From a virus (taxonomy: Duplodnaviria; Caudoviricetes): 39,743 bases of DNA. The number at the start of each line of letters is the position of its first letter. Position 1 is the stretch's first letter. Shown piece by piece: positions 8,307-20,000 of the stretch. The position numbers and the translations under genes were made by a program. The DNA lies in IMG/VR virus record IMGVR_UViG_3300037424_000096, positions 1 to 39,743 of that record; one strand, written 5' to 3'. The notes under the pieces were generated by a model. That model did no database searches. It saw nothing but the letters and a program-made list of their open reading frames with translations, and had not been told where the DNA came from.

Positions 8307-9044
8307 GTGGAACTACCAACTCAAGTCACAATCGCGCAGGTTGACTACCGCGAATTGAATGAAGAGGCCGAAGGCTCCCTTCAAGTTTCGTCCAGCTTCA
8401 TCGTAGACAGTCCGGTTACATACGAACTCGCTGGTGAAGAATTGATTGCTGTGAAAAGCAAAATCAAGGCACTGGAAACACGCCGCGAGGGTATCACCAA
8501 GCCCCTAACCGCAGCGCACAAGTCTGTCATGGATTTGTTCAGGCAGCCTCTTGCCCTGCTCGGGCAGGCTAAAGACAACTTGCAGCGCGGGATGATTGCG
8601 TACAGTACCGAACAGGAGCGTGTCCGCCGCGAAGAACAGGCGCGTCTGGATGCAGAGCGTCGTCGGCAGGAAGCGGAGGCCGCTGAGAAAGTTCGCGAGG
8701 CAGAACGTCTGGCATCAGCAGCAGTGACCGAGGCACAACGAGAGGCTGCCGAAAAAGCGAGGCTTGAGGCTGAGGCTGCTCAGACTGTAGCCGAAAACGC
8801 AACGAGTGTGGCTGTTACGGCAACACCCAAGGCCGATGGTAACTCAGTGCGCAAGGTGTGGAAAGGGAAGTGTGACGACAAAGCTACCCTGATTAAATTC
8901 GTCGCAAGCAACCCCGCATACGCAAGCCTGTTGGAAGTAAGTCAATCCGCGCTCGACAGTTTCGCAAAAGCACAGAACGAGTCCTTCGACATTCCCGGCT
9001 GTGTCGCATACCAAGAATCAAGCATTGTGTCTAGGACTAAGTAA
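8307..9044 (+). CDS. Coiled-coil phage protein of the recombination module
   Basis: AAGGAG RBS then GTG 8307; long E/R/A-rich coiled coil; IPG near the C-terminus. Confidence 0.75.
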   Translation: MELPTQVTIAQVDYRELNEEAEGSLQVSSSFIVDSPVTYELAGEELIAVKSKIKALETRREGITKPLTAAHKSVMDLFRQPLALLGQAKDNLQRGMIAYSTEQERVRREEQARLDAERRRQEAEAAEKVREAERLASAAVTEAQREAAEKARLEAEAAQTVAENATSVAVTATPKADGNSVRKVWKGKCDDKATLIKFVASNPAYASLLEVSQSALDSFAKAQNESFDIPGCVAYQESSIVSRTK

Positions 9045-10948
9045 TGGCAACTGCTCTGTTCGACACAGAGGTATATCCAAACTACTTTCTGTGCAAGTTC
9101 TTCAATCCGGCCACAAGCGGCGAGGGTGACTTCGAGTTGTACGAAGGGCATCCTTTAGACAAGGAAAAGCTCAAGGAAGTCTTGACGAAGTACGAACTCG
9201 TGTCATTCAACGGAATCAATTTTGACGTGCCTATCGTCTGTCTCGCACTGGCAGGCGCATCCAACGAAGAACTCAAGGGCGCATGTGACCTCATTATTAG
9301 GGACAGCCTCAAGTCATGGCAATTTGAGCAACGCTACGACATCAAAATCCCCAAGCTGAATCACATTGACTTAATCGAAGTCGCGCCCGGCGTGATGGAC
9401 TCACTCAAGATATACGGCGGCAGGCTGCACACCAAGAAAATGCAAGACCTTCCCTACCCTCCCAACACAATCCTGTCCCCTGAACAAATGGCCGAAGTCA
9501 AAAAGTACTGCGGCAATGACGTGAAAGGCTTGACGCTCGATTTGTATAATGCCCTGAGCGTTGAACTAGATTTGCGCCGCGAAATGTCAGCGCAATACGG
9601 CGTTGATTTGCGTTCCAAGTCTAACCCTCAAATCGCAGAAACAATCATCTGCTCTGAGATTGAAAAGCTGCAAGACGCTCCTGTGAAAAGGTCTGATGCA
9701 AAACCGGGAATGACTTTCAAATACGAAGTCCCGAAGTTTATATCGTTCCAAACCGAATACCTGAAAAACGTGCTACGACTGGTACAAGAATCCACGTTCA
9801 CCGTGACGAACAGCGGAGCAGTTGAAGGATTGCACGAAGAGTTAGCTGAGCCGATTGAAATTAAGGGAAGCACGTACCAGATTGGCATCGGTGGTCTGCA
9901 CTCTTGCGAGTCCTGCGTTTCATATAGGTCTGACGTATACACTCAGATACTTGAGCAGGACGTAACCAGTTACTACCCGTTCATCATTCTGGTTTGCTCA
10001 CTGTTCCCAAAGCATATCGGGAAAGTTTTTTTAGATATTTATCGCAGTCTGGTCGATACAAAACTTTACGCTACCGTGAAGAAAGTGATTGAGTGCGCAA
10101 AGGTGCAAATCAACGGCCTGTTCGGAAAGTTGGGAAGCAAACACTCAAAACTATTTTCGCCTGACCTGATGCTGCAAATTACTATCACAGGACAGCTTGC
10201 CACGATTATGCTGATTGAAGATTTGGAACTCAACTCGATTCCAGTAATCAGCGCAAACACGGACGGTATCGTAATTGCCTGCCCGAGAGAACGGTTAGCA
10301 GACATGAACAAGATTGTTCGTACGTGGGAACACGACACAGGTTTCAAACTGAAGGACACGCCCTACCTCGCCATACACTCACGCGATGTGAACAACTATA
10401 TCGCAGTCAAGACTGACGGAACAATTAAACGCAGAGGGGTGTTCAGGAAGCCAGACTTGCAGCACAATCCGAAAAATGAAATATGCACAGACGCACTAAT
10501 TGCTTACCTGCGCGACGAAACTCCGATGGAGCAAACAATCAAAGACTGCACCGACATCCGTAAGTTCGTAGAAGTCAGGCGCGTAAACGGGGGCGCACTC
10601 TATGGGGCCATCGTGACCAAAACAAAAGAGTCAATCGGCTTCAACGAAGAGGGTGTCGAAAAGTTTACAACGCACACTGAAATAGAGGGCGGGGTTTACA
10701 TCGGCAAAGCTATCCGCTGGTATCACTCGACTGCGCCTGTGGAAGAACTCGTTGACGGCAAATCTGGAAATCACGTAGCAGACTCGGACGGAGGGATGCC
10801 CTGCATGGAATTACCGAACAGTCTGCCGGACGACATTGATTACGGCTGGTACATGCGTCAAGCTGAAGCAATGCTGCGCGGAGTTGGATTTAGTGAATCG
10901 TTTTTGCAATGGAAAGGGTACTTCAATGAAGATGCTGATTCTGAATAA
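9044..10948 (+). CDS. Family B DNA polymerase with 3'-5' exonuclease
   Basis: Exo motifs FDTE, FNGINFD, YCGND; polymerase motifs DVTSYYP, KVQINGLFGK, SANTDG. Confidence 0.92.
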   Translation: MATALFDTEVYPNYFLCKFFNPATSGEGDFELYEGHPLDKEKLKEVLTKYELVSFNGINFDVPIVCLALAGASNEELKGACDLIIRDSLKSWQFEQRYDIKIPKLNHIDLIEVAPGVMDSLKIYGGRLHTKKMQDLPYPPNTILSPEQMAEVKKYCGNDVKGLTLDLYNALSVELDLRREMSAQYGVDLRSKSNPQIAETIICSEIEKLQDAPVKRSDAKPGMTFKYEVPKFISFQTEYLKNVLRLVQESTFTVTNSGAVEGLHEELAEPIEIKGSTYQIGIGGLHSCESCVSYRSDVYTQILEQDVTSYYPFIILVCSLFPKHIGKVFLDIYRSLVDTKLYATVKKVIECAKVQINGLFGKLGSKHSKLFSPDLMLQITITGQLATIMLIEDLELNSIPVISANTDGIVIACPRERLADMNKIVRTWEHDTGFKLKDTPYLAIHSRDVNNYIAVKTDGTIKRRGVFRKPDLQHNPKNEICTDALIAYLRDETPMEQTIKDCTDIRKFVEVRRVNGGALYGAIVTKTKESIGFNEEGVEKFTTHTEIEGGVYIGKAIRWYHSTAPVEELVDGKSGNHVADSDGGMPCMELPNSLPDDIDYGWYMRQAEAMLRGVGFSESFLQWKGYFNEDADSE

Positions 10949-11075
10949 GCTGTACGGAAAAGTCACTGTTCACGAATTTCTTTATACGTTAATTTTTTGT
11001 GCAGTAGTGATTCACATCATCGCCCTGATATTTGGAATCCCAATTGACGTAGAGGTGTTTGACGCAGCGAGGTAA
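10926..11075 (+). CDS. Small single-pass membrane protein
   Basis: ATG 10926; FLYTLIFCAVVIHIIALIFGI; fills the space up to the convergent giant gene. Confidence 0.55.
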   Translation: MKMLILNKLYGKVTVHEFLYTLIFCAVVIHIIALIFGIPIDVEVFDAAR

Positions 11076-14000
11076 TCACTTTCTTGTAGCTACAAGAATT
11101 CGTTTCGCAACCACTTCTTTCTGTGCCTGCAATTTCAGAATCTCAACTCGCTTTTGTTCAGCCGACATTTCCGTATCCACTTCTATCTGACGGATGGCCG
11201 CGTTCAACTTAGCGATAACACTCTTCGATTTTCCAAAAGCCCTCGCCTGTTTTATTTTTTCAATGTTTTTCTTGCCGTACTCTTCAGCTTCCTTCGACTG
11301 GCCCTTCTTAATCAGCGAACGATATGTGCCGTAGGCAAGCTCGACTTCCTTAGCCTGTTCATACATCTGAGTCACATAACGGCTAGGCGCACCCTCAAGT
11401 TGGCTTATCAGCCCTCCGGTTGCTTTCTTTAAGGGGTCTGTAGCAGGTTGTACTGGCTGGCCTGTCAGCGGCCTCAGGATAAGGTCTGTTGCCTGCGATA
11501 TGAATGTCCCGAGCCATCCGAAGTAGCCTCGAATCACGTGATCTATCTGTACAGGTGAGGCAAAATTGCCTGACGTGACCGCGTCACCTGCAATAGACGC
11601 GCCTCGCGCAATAATTGTCGTGCCTGAGCGGTAGCGATATTCAGGTTCTACATTTTCCATTCCCTGACTTTCAATCTCTCTGCCTGTGAAGCTGTCCTTG
11701 TTGGCGTAAACGTCAAGCATGGGTTTGACTGCCTGCGGGATAGGATTCATGTTCAAATTATCTGCCAGATTGCGCAACAGCCTGTCCATGAACCTCTCAC
11801 CAGTCATTTCATCGCTGGCAAATAGCTCGACTCCGCGCTCAGCCATCGTAGCAATCGCGCCTATTTCAAATGGCTTAGGTACACGGTACGCAATTCCGCC
11901 AATCTTGAACCACCAGTACGTGTCCCTGTCCCAATCTTCGCGTTTCTTCCAGTCCTCGTCGTCCTTGTAATACAGCATGAGGAAAATTGAAATCATGGCT
12001 ACGGCAGAGAGAACTTTAGCTACTCTGGCCGGATTTTGTTTTGTAGCTTTTCCAAGCTTATACAACCCTTGAATACGTGCATTAATAAACGTGACAGTTT
12101 GGGTGATAAACCTGATTGCAGTCCACGAGCCGCCCATCGAAAAGTCAAGCAAGTCTCTCGCTTGGAATGCGGCCTCTCCGTGAGGGACACCCTGCTTGAT
12201 TAGCTGATTGTATAAAGCTGCGCGGTTGATTGCCTCGCCTCTGTTACCGAGTTCGTTGTATGCAGTGATGCTAGGTTCAATGACCCTCTTGTAAAACTTG
12301 CGCACGGCAGTCTCATTATCCAAGATAGTGCTTCTGTCAACGCCCTTCTCGACAAGAGCGCGAACCCTGTCCGATTCTCTGTTTTCCAGCATTGTGCCGA
12401 AGTGAATCGTGCTTCCGCTGGCAAGCAAGTTAAACATATCGTCGCTTCCGGGTTTGGTTTTTTTCCAGCCCTCTACTACGTTTTTTAACGGATTGTAGCT
12501 AAGCTCAGCGGCGGCAATCGAATGGACAGAGTCTCTAATCAGGTTACGAATCTTGAAGAACGGACTCGCAGTGACACCCATCGTAAGGAAGTGCTTAGGC
12601 GCACTGAGTAAATCCATAGCGTGACCGCGTAGCCCTGCGTATTCAAGTGCAGTGATTGCAACCAGCACAGCAGGGTCGTCTACGACGAAGTGACGCTTCT
12701 CACCCCTGTCCATGAACCACACTGAGTTCTTTTCAGGTGAAGTGACTTCATGTGCTACGCCGATTTTATCAGCAGCTTCAAGCGCAGCTTTTGCTCCACG
12801 ATTCTTAGCGGCAGCATCCAGCAAGTGCGACCAATTCAAGAGAGTGTTTTCAAGCAAGTCTGTATTAAGTTTTTCTGTGCCTCCACGAAGGTGTTTGAAT
12901 GCCTGCTGACGCACAACGCCTGACTTCACGTTTACCCCGCGTAGCCCTGAAATGTCGTCGTCGCTCACGCGGTAGAACGGAACATAAAATTCATACTCCC
13001 AAATCTTGCGCGCAGTCGGGTCAATCAGTCCAGACTGTTCGGCCATGTCCAAAGTGTTTTTGTTGAACTCGTTGAGAGTCTTGATTGCGTCCATGTAAAT
13101 TTCAAGACGCACTTTGGTCGTCTTTCCTTTTGACTGTCCGTGTTGCAGAGTGTAGTCAAACCCTGTGGTTCCGCTAGACAGCGATTTCATCGCAGTAATA
13201 TCAGACTGGGTGAACAGATTTTCCCTAGTCTGCGCGGCAAGACGTTCAGCACGGTTTGCGGCTACCCACCACAAGAAATCATCTCCCTCTCCTTGCAGCG
13301 GGACAAGCAGCCTGTTAATTACGCCGCCCTTTTTAGAAGTGTCAAAGGCGTAGGTCTGGTCAACCAGTTTAAGCTGTCCACCTTCCAGCAAAGTTGCGAA
13401 TGCTCCACTGGCCCCCTTGGATTGACGCAGCAGGCGGTATGCTTCATGGTCAATATCTTCAATCGGTGCAAACTGGTCTGCGATGCCTTGTGCCATAGAC
13501 TTCCCAAGCACGTGCCACAGTTTACTCATGCGCTCTTTTACGGTAGGAACTTCCACAGCCCTTCCGAGGTCTTCAAATGCCTTGAGTTGAGCAGCCGTGC
13601 GAGTGCGGCCAGTGTCGCCTGTGATTACTTTTTTCGAGTACTGAATTTCAGGCTTTGACATTTCGTTAAGAGTATTGCCTTGTACCGCCTCGATTTTAAT
13701 TTGACTCGGATTGAACACCACATACTGCGACCCCTCTCCGTATTGGTCTAAAACATCACGAGCAATGAGTCCGTCATAGCCATTGTCTCTCGCCCATTTT
13801 GCGATGTCGTCAATCTGTAGTGTCTTTTCAGGATTACCCCACTCCGCCTTGACTTCAGCGGGAGCAGGCAGTTCTAGCCACGACTCTCCATCTGCTTCAA
13901 CAACGTATGGGTTTTGTATGTTGAGATAGACCGCGTATAACTCACGCCCCTTGGCGTACCGCTCAGCGATATTGCGATTGTCAGTAAAAAATAAATTTCC

Positions 14001-17000
14001 ACCAACTCGCGTACCTCGCGCCAGAGCAAACTCGGTTTTGCCGGGAGCGTCACCCCGATACACAAGAAGCGGCTCACCCTTCGTGTTGACGACCTTTGAA
14101 CCGTCAAACCAGTGTCCGGGTGTTTCTGTCACAACTCGCACATTTTCTGCCGCCTTACCTAGCAGCACTGCCGTCCCTTGCCTGCCGAAGCCCTCCTTCA
14201 CATAGTAGCCGTCGAATCCAGCGTCAAGTACAGCACTCTCGAAATCGTTAAAAGTCTTTACCGTCAACTTAAGCGGATTGTTCGCAGCGTCGTAGAGGTT
14301 ATCCAGTTTGACTTCGTGCCTGAAACTACCTACGCCGCTCTCAGGGAACACTCCTTGACCTTCGTCAACATAGAACGAAATGCGCGACTTAATTCTCTGG
14401 TCACTGGATTCTACGAGGCGTTTCGATTCCGCGCCACGGATACCAGTACCGTATGCTGCGCCTGAGAGAGTTTTACGCTGTTGATTAGAAAAGTGGATAC
14501 CTGTTACAGACACGCGACCTGTCTTGCTAGAAACTTGTACTGCGCGCTTACCGCTAGGCAGCAAGAAAAACTCTGGATTGAAGTCACCCCACTTGGCGGC
14601 TTCAGGGCCAGCTAAGAACCCCTTGCCTCCGGCGTACTGCGCAATCGCGTCTTGCCGTAAGGTCTTGCTCACCTCGAAGGCTTCGGCCTTTGTCAGTGGT
14701 CGGTCAAGTTCAATCACACGAGTTGGTTCAGTGCCGGAAGTGTGAGTAATTTCACTCACCACAATCGCGCCAGTTGAATCGACTGCTTTTCGTATTTCTG
14801 CTTCAGTGAGTTTGCTGCCGTCATTCACGTCCATGCCAACGTTGAGCGTGGGCCGAGCTTTACGTTCACTTGCTGCAACTCTCTTTCCAGTAGCAATCTC
14901 TTTCATCGCGCTAACCGCAACGGCTTGCATGTCGTCAACGGTGAGGTCGTCAGCTTTCAATAACAGGCCGTGCTTGTACATCGCAGCACGGATGGCGGCA
15001 ACCCACTTGCGCAACGTCTGGCCTATCGTGAAATGCAGATTCCTTTGCACCCATCCCCAAAAATCTGAATCAAGCCGTGAGAATCCTGCACGGTGAGCTT
15101 CTTGCAGAGACTCTTCAACCAAGTAGTTCAGTGCCTCACGCGAATTCCCTTCTTGTCCAGCGCGTTGCATACGGTCAAACACTCGGTCATAAATCGGTAT
15201 GCCTTTGTAGAGGTCAATCTTTTTGAGTACAGCTTCGCCCAACGCAGCCATCTTAACGTCAGTGTCGGAAGCGTGAGTCATTTCATGCAGCATAACTGCA
15301 ACAGCTTCCTTGGCAGATACGTTGTCTGAATTTACGAAGGCGAGTCCGAGTTCTGGAACGTACAACCCGCGAGTAAATTCCAGTTTACGGCTAAACAGTG
15401 GCAGCCCTTCGTGTAAAACTTTCGCTTTGAGTTCAGCAGTGATGGTGAAGCCCGGCTGTTGCATAGCCTCGTCGCTGGTGACGTTTATCCGCACACCCTC
15501 GGAGTCAACCACTTCCTTTTGATGCGGCACGTCCAGCATTTCAAAAGAACTAACCTTACCTCCACCGCCGATCTTCTTCAAAATGTCGTTCGCTACCTGC
15601 GGCACGATATGGTCGTAGTAGCCTTTCATTCCTTCGCCGCCGACTTTGAGGTCTAGGCCTGAGTATGATTTTATGAATGCGCCCGGTCCAACAGAATCTT
15701 CTACAATCTTTTTTGCCAAGTCTTTACCAACGAACTCTTCCAGATCGTTAGCAGGCACGCTTGACTTTAAATGCTCCCATGTTAAATCATCGGCTGTCCG
15801 CTTTATTTGCAGCGCATAGCTTCCGTCACTGTTTTTATTCGCGCGAATACCTGCGACCTGTTTGGAAAGGTCGTATCTTGCACTTTGCTGTTCACCTGTC
15901 GTCCACGCAACCCGGTCGAATCCGTTCTCGGCGGCGTAGCGAATCATGCGTTTCAGGGCGAGGGCTGTCCATGATTTTGTGTCGGTGACGAAGGGGGCGG
16001 CAGGCACGAAGCCTCCGCCTTGAGGGTGATTCTGACGAAAATCGTCGTTATTCCTAGCTTGAAGGTCACGCCACTCAACTTCTCTACCTAAATACCCTGC
16101 AATTCCTTCGAGAGTGAGATTATTAACCGCGCCACGAGCAGCGTCAATGCTGACATTCAACGCAACTGCCCATTTCTGCGCAAGCTCATTTTTCCATCCG
16201 TCAATTGTTTTCTCGAACTCATCTTTCGCAAGCGGTTTCGTCTCACGCGCTTTGAACCCTTCCTTCTTCCCCTTCTGTCCCCAATCAGATTGTATTTCCT
16301 CAATGAAGAGAACCTTGTTTCCATTCGCGTCTGTGCGCTCGTTGAAGCGGACATGCGTGATGATGTTCGGTTGACCAGTAAAGTGCGGCGATTTGAAACT
16401 AGCAGGTTCACCCTCCTTTTTTGCAAGGCGTAACTGAGTTTCGAGATTGCGCAACTTACGTCCAAGTTCAACCTCGTCATCCTTCATTTCACCGAGGCCG
16501 CCAAGTAAAAGCTCATCATATTCAGCTTGCAAGGCGGCTATCCTATCCTTATTCGGCTTAGTCCGTTCTCCTTCAGGCAGCGTCAGCAGCAACTCGCGGT
16601 AGTTCTTTCCGCCGGGAAGCTGCCAAGATTGGTACTTTGGTGTGCCTTCTGGACGGTCAACGATGCGTTCTCCGCCAGCAATGCGTATGTAGCGGCGCTG
16701 ATTGTTCGCTCCGAGTTCTGCCCAAACATGTCCGTCGGCTTCCGCCCGAGCGCGGCCCGCCGCTTCTGCGTCGGCGCTTTCACCAAGTATCGTTTCTTTA
16801 ACCTGTACACCGCGCTGTTGCAAGAACTGGCGCACGTCGTCTTTAGAAATCTTACCCTGAGTTTCGAGCCAGTCACCGATGCCTGTCCAGAACAGTTCCT
16901 CTTTCTTCACGCCATATTTTGCAGCGTTAGATTCCAGCCAAGCCTTCACTTGTTTGCCGTTCGTAAAAATTCTGTCCGGGGCAGCGTCGATGGCGCGTTC

Positions 17001-20000
17001 AAGCTGACTGTAAAATACGGGAGCGAGTTCTTTAGTCTCTTTCGAGAATTGTATAGTCGCCGTTGGAGCATCTTCAACGCGAGATATTTTAGTTTTAACA
17101 ACGCTATTCGACATATCTAGCATGGTCTGCCAGTAGGCTTTAGCGTGGCCTTGGTAGAGTGCCGCTTTTTTAGCACCAGCCAATCCTTCTAACGCGACCC
17201 GTTGCGCAAACAATTTGTTATTGCTCAGGGTGAGGTCAAGCGCACGTCCTTCAGGACTGTTCAGCTTGTATGTTTTTCCTTCAAATTCAAATTGCGGAAT
17301 TGAATACCACGAACGCGCAGGGCCTTTCGAGTATTCCACCGAATACCATGCAGTATATAGTTTTCCCTTTTCGTCAACACGCTTGCCTTCGATGAAATCT
17401 GAAAGTGCGTCGTCGCGGTTGTAATCGAACATGTCCTGCAAGCGATGCACTTGCTCGTCTCTTTCCACCTGTTCGTCATAACTTAAGGGACGAATAGAAT
17501 ACTGTGCCTCACCCCGAGCCTTTAACAAGGATGCCAAGCGTCTATTATTTTCCCTTTCGGTTGAAATTATCAGGCCGCCGCGTTCGTTTTTATCACCTTT
17601 ATCCAGCAGCTTCTTGACGTAAGGAACCCACCCCGGTTGTTCTTTTTTAATTTCGTCCAGCACGGCCTCGCGACTCGCCCTGTGAAGTTTTTGAGTAAGG
17701 AACATCTCTTCGCCAGACGTGTCGCCCACCGATTTGAATATGCCCCGGTCGTCAGGATGGAACGTGCCATCCTCAACACCTGACCTCGTTGCAGTACCGT
17801 CTGCATACGAAATGACATCCAGTGGCCTAACTCCCATTGCACGGAGGGCAGTGCCTAAGTTGTTCATCGCATCTTCGGAAAATGAAGCATTTGGATTAGC
17901 GATGAACGCAGCACCCGGCGTAGTTTTTCCGAGGTCACGCGCAAGTGCAATCAGCCTACCGTCAGTGCGCAGTTCGGCGGCATGTTCAGGATTGACTGGA
18001 ATGAACGCAACAGGAACGTGCTGCCAAGACAGCACGAGAATTCCGGGAACATCACCAGCGAGTTTAGGCACAACTGCCTTAGCTGTCTCAGGACGGCTCA
18101 CTGAAGGTGCGTGTTCAGTTCGGCTATCATTCATTATCATACGTTCCTTAACAGGAACAATTGTAGTGTCGAACAACTCACCCTGTGATGTTCGCTGATT
18201 TGTGATATTGTTTAACGCAGTCTCGAATCCGCTGTGGTCAACAAAATTGTACATCACGCCGCCAGAGTCATTCCCAGCCATTGCGAACAATCCTTGATAC
18301 CTGACTCCTGACCTGTCTAGCAGCATCGAAATCATCTGATTCAGTTTGTAATCTTGCTCTGAGAACATAGAGTTGCCGGACGGGTGATTGTGGGATGTCC
18401 ATACGTTCTTCGCGTTCGGAATCTGAGCTATTTCAAACAGGAGAGTGTCAGCAAATACGGGAGTTTGACCAATCGCGCCTTTGAACGAACCTACAACTGC
18501 AAGAGGTGTGCCGTTGGCATCGGTAACTATCGCGTCATAATGTTCGACAGCATACTTTGGCATGAACGAAAACGCCCTAGCCGCATCTTCTACTGACACA
18601 ATCACGGTAGGCAACTCGCGGTTGTTCACTTCAACAAGTTCGGTAGTCACCAGATATGTACCCTCGGTTTTTCCGGGGTGTATTGACATGCTGTTTACTC
18701 CACTCTCAATAATCTCAGGAGCGTCTTGCATGGAAATCGGTTCTGCGGCGATATTCGCAGATTCGTCGAATGTGCCTTTATTGCCAAGCGCAGATTTGAT
18801 TTGAGCAGCGTCGAATGCGACATAGACATCGTGATTATTAATCCTGTCTTGGTCAAGTTCTTGCATAATCACGCCGTCATACCCTAACGATTTCAGTGCC
18901 TCGACAAGTTCTTTCCCGCCCTCATCATACTCAAACATTTCCCACTGATTCTGAAGGTTGTTCAGAGCGCGAATGTTTATGCCTGACTTTTCTAATTCAG
19001 TCCACAGTTTTTCAGAAACCCCATTCCGTATATCGGCTGGATTTTCCATACGCACATAAGTCTGGACAACGTTGCGCCCTGCTCTCGGGTCAAGGTTATT
19101 ATTGTTTACTCCGAACGTCTCAGCGAACTTGGCTTCAGGTGTGAAGAAGATACCTGCTCGTTGCGTGTCATACGTGACCCCGAACATACCTGTGTTCTTG
19201 GAAGGGCGGCCACTTTCAAATTCTGAAATATCAGCAGCAGTTCCGTGATAGAGAACCAGCGGTTTATTTTTTTCGTCAACGGTTTTTGAATTGCCGAACC
19301 ACTTGGCGAAATTTGCCAATCCTTGCTTAGTTGAACTAATCGGTTTACCAGCAGAATTCACATTACGAACGCCTGCCGCCGAGGTGCGCTTATTCGCCAG
19401 TTCGTTATCGAACAGTCCGTACTGCGCAGCAGGTTCAGCCACGCCTGTCGTTTTACCACCCTTGACAATTTGCGCGATTGCACGTGCAGCTTCAGCAGCA
19501 GGGGCATCAGCTTGTTCATAGGCTTTTGCAGTGCGATTCCACCATGACAATTCTGCTTGCGTCATTTGCCTAGTGCCGTTCATCAATTCTTTAGCGCGAG
19601 TGATTGCTGGTTGAAGATTCAGTTTCCTGCCAAGTGTACTTGCAGCGGGGGTCTTGCGCTTAATCAGCGTTTCAATTAACGGCTTGATGCCTTGAACTTG
19701 CTCAGCAGTTCCGCGCCCTTCTTCGATGGCAGTTTCTTGCCCTTGGATTTCTGGTTGTACTCTTCCACGTTCACCCTCTGCGATTCCAGCTTCTCCCGGT
19801 TCGCGTTGAAGTATTTGCGCTGTGCTTCCGACTTGTACGGCATTTGGAACCTCCTGTGTCGCCACGATTGACGCGAGTTCGTCGCGAGTGAATTCAGGAA
19901 CATTTAATTCGGTGTCTTGTTGTGTCGGTTGCGGTACTGGAATTGTAGGAGTTCCGACTGCTGTATCGCCGATTGCTTTATCCACGCTGACACTGACTGG

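Noticed and set aside
9044-10948. Intein, intron or split polymerase
   Set aside because: Exonuclease and polymerase motifs are contiguous in one normal-length ORF.
12200-17842. Other same-strand alternate-frame ORFs inside the giant gene (12200-12424, 13874-14107, 16157-16480, 16583-16876, 17261-17479, 17570-17842)
   Set aside because: No good Shine-Dalgarno, and they overlap structured domains, unlike the two accepted nested ORFs.
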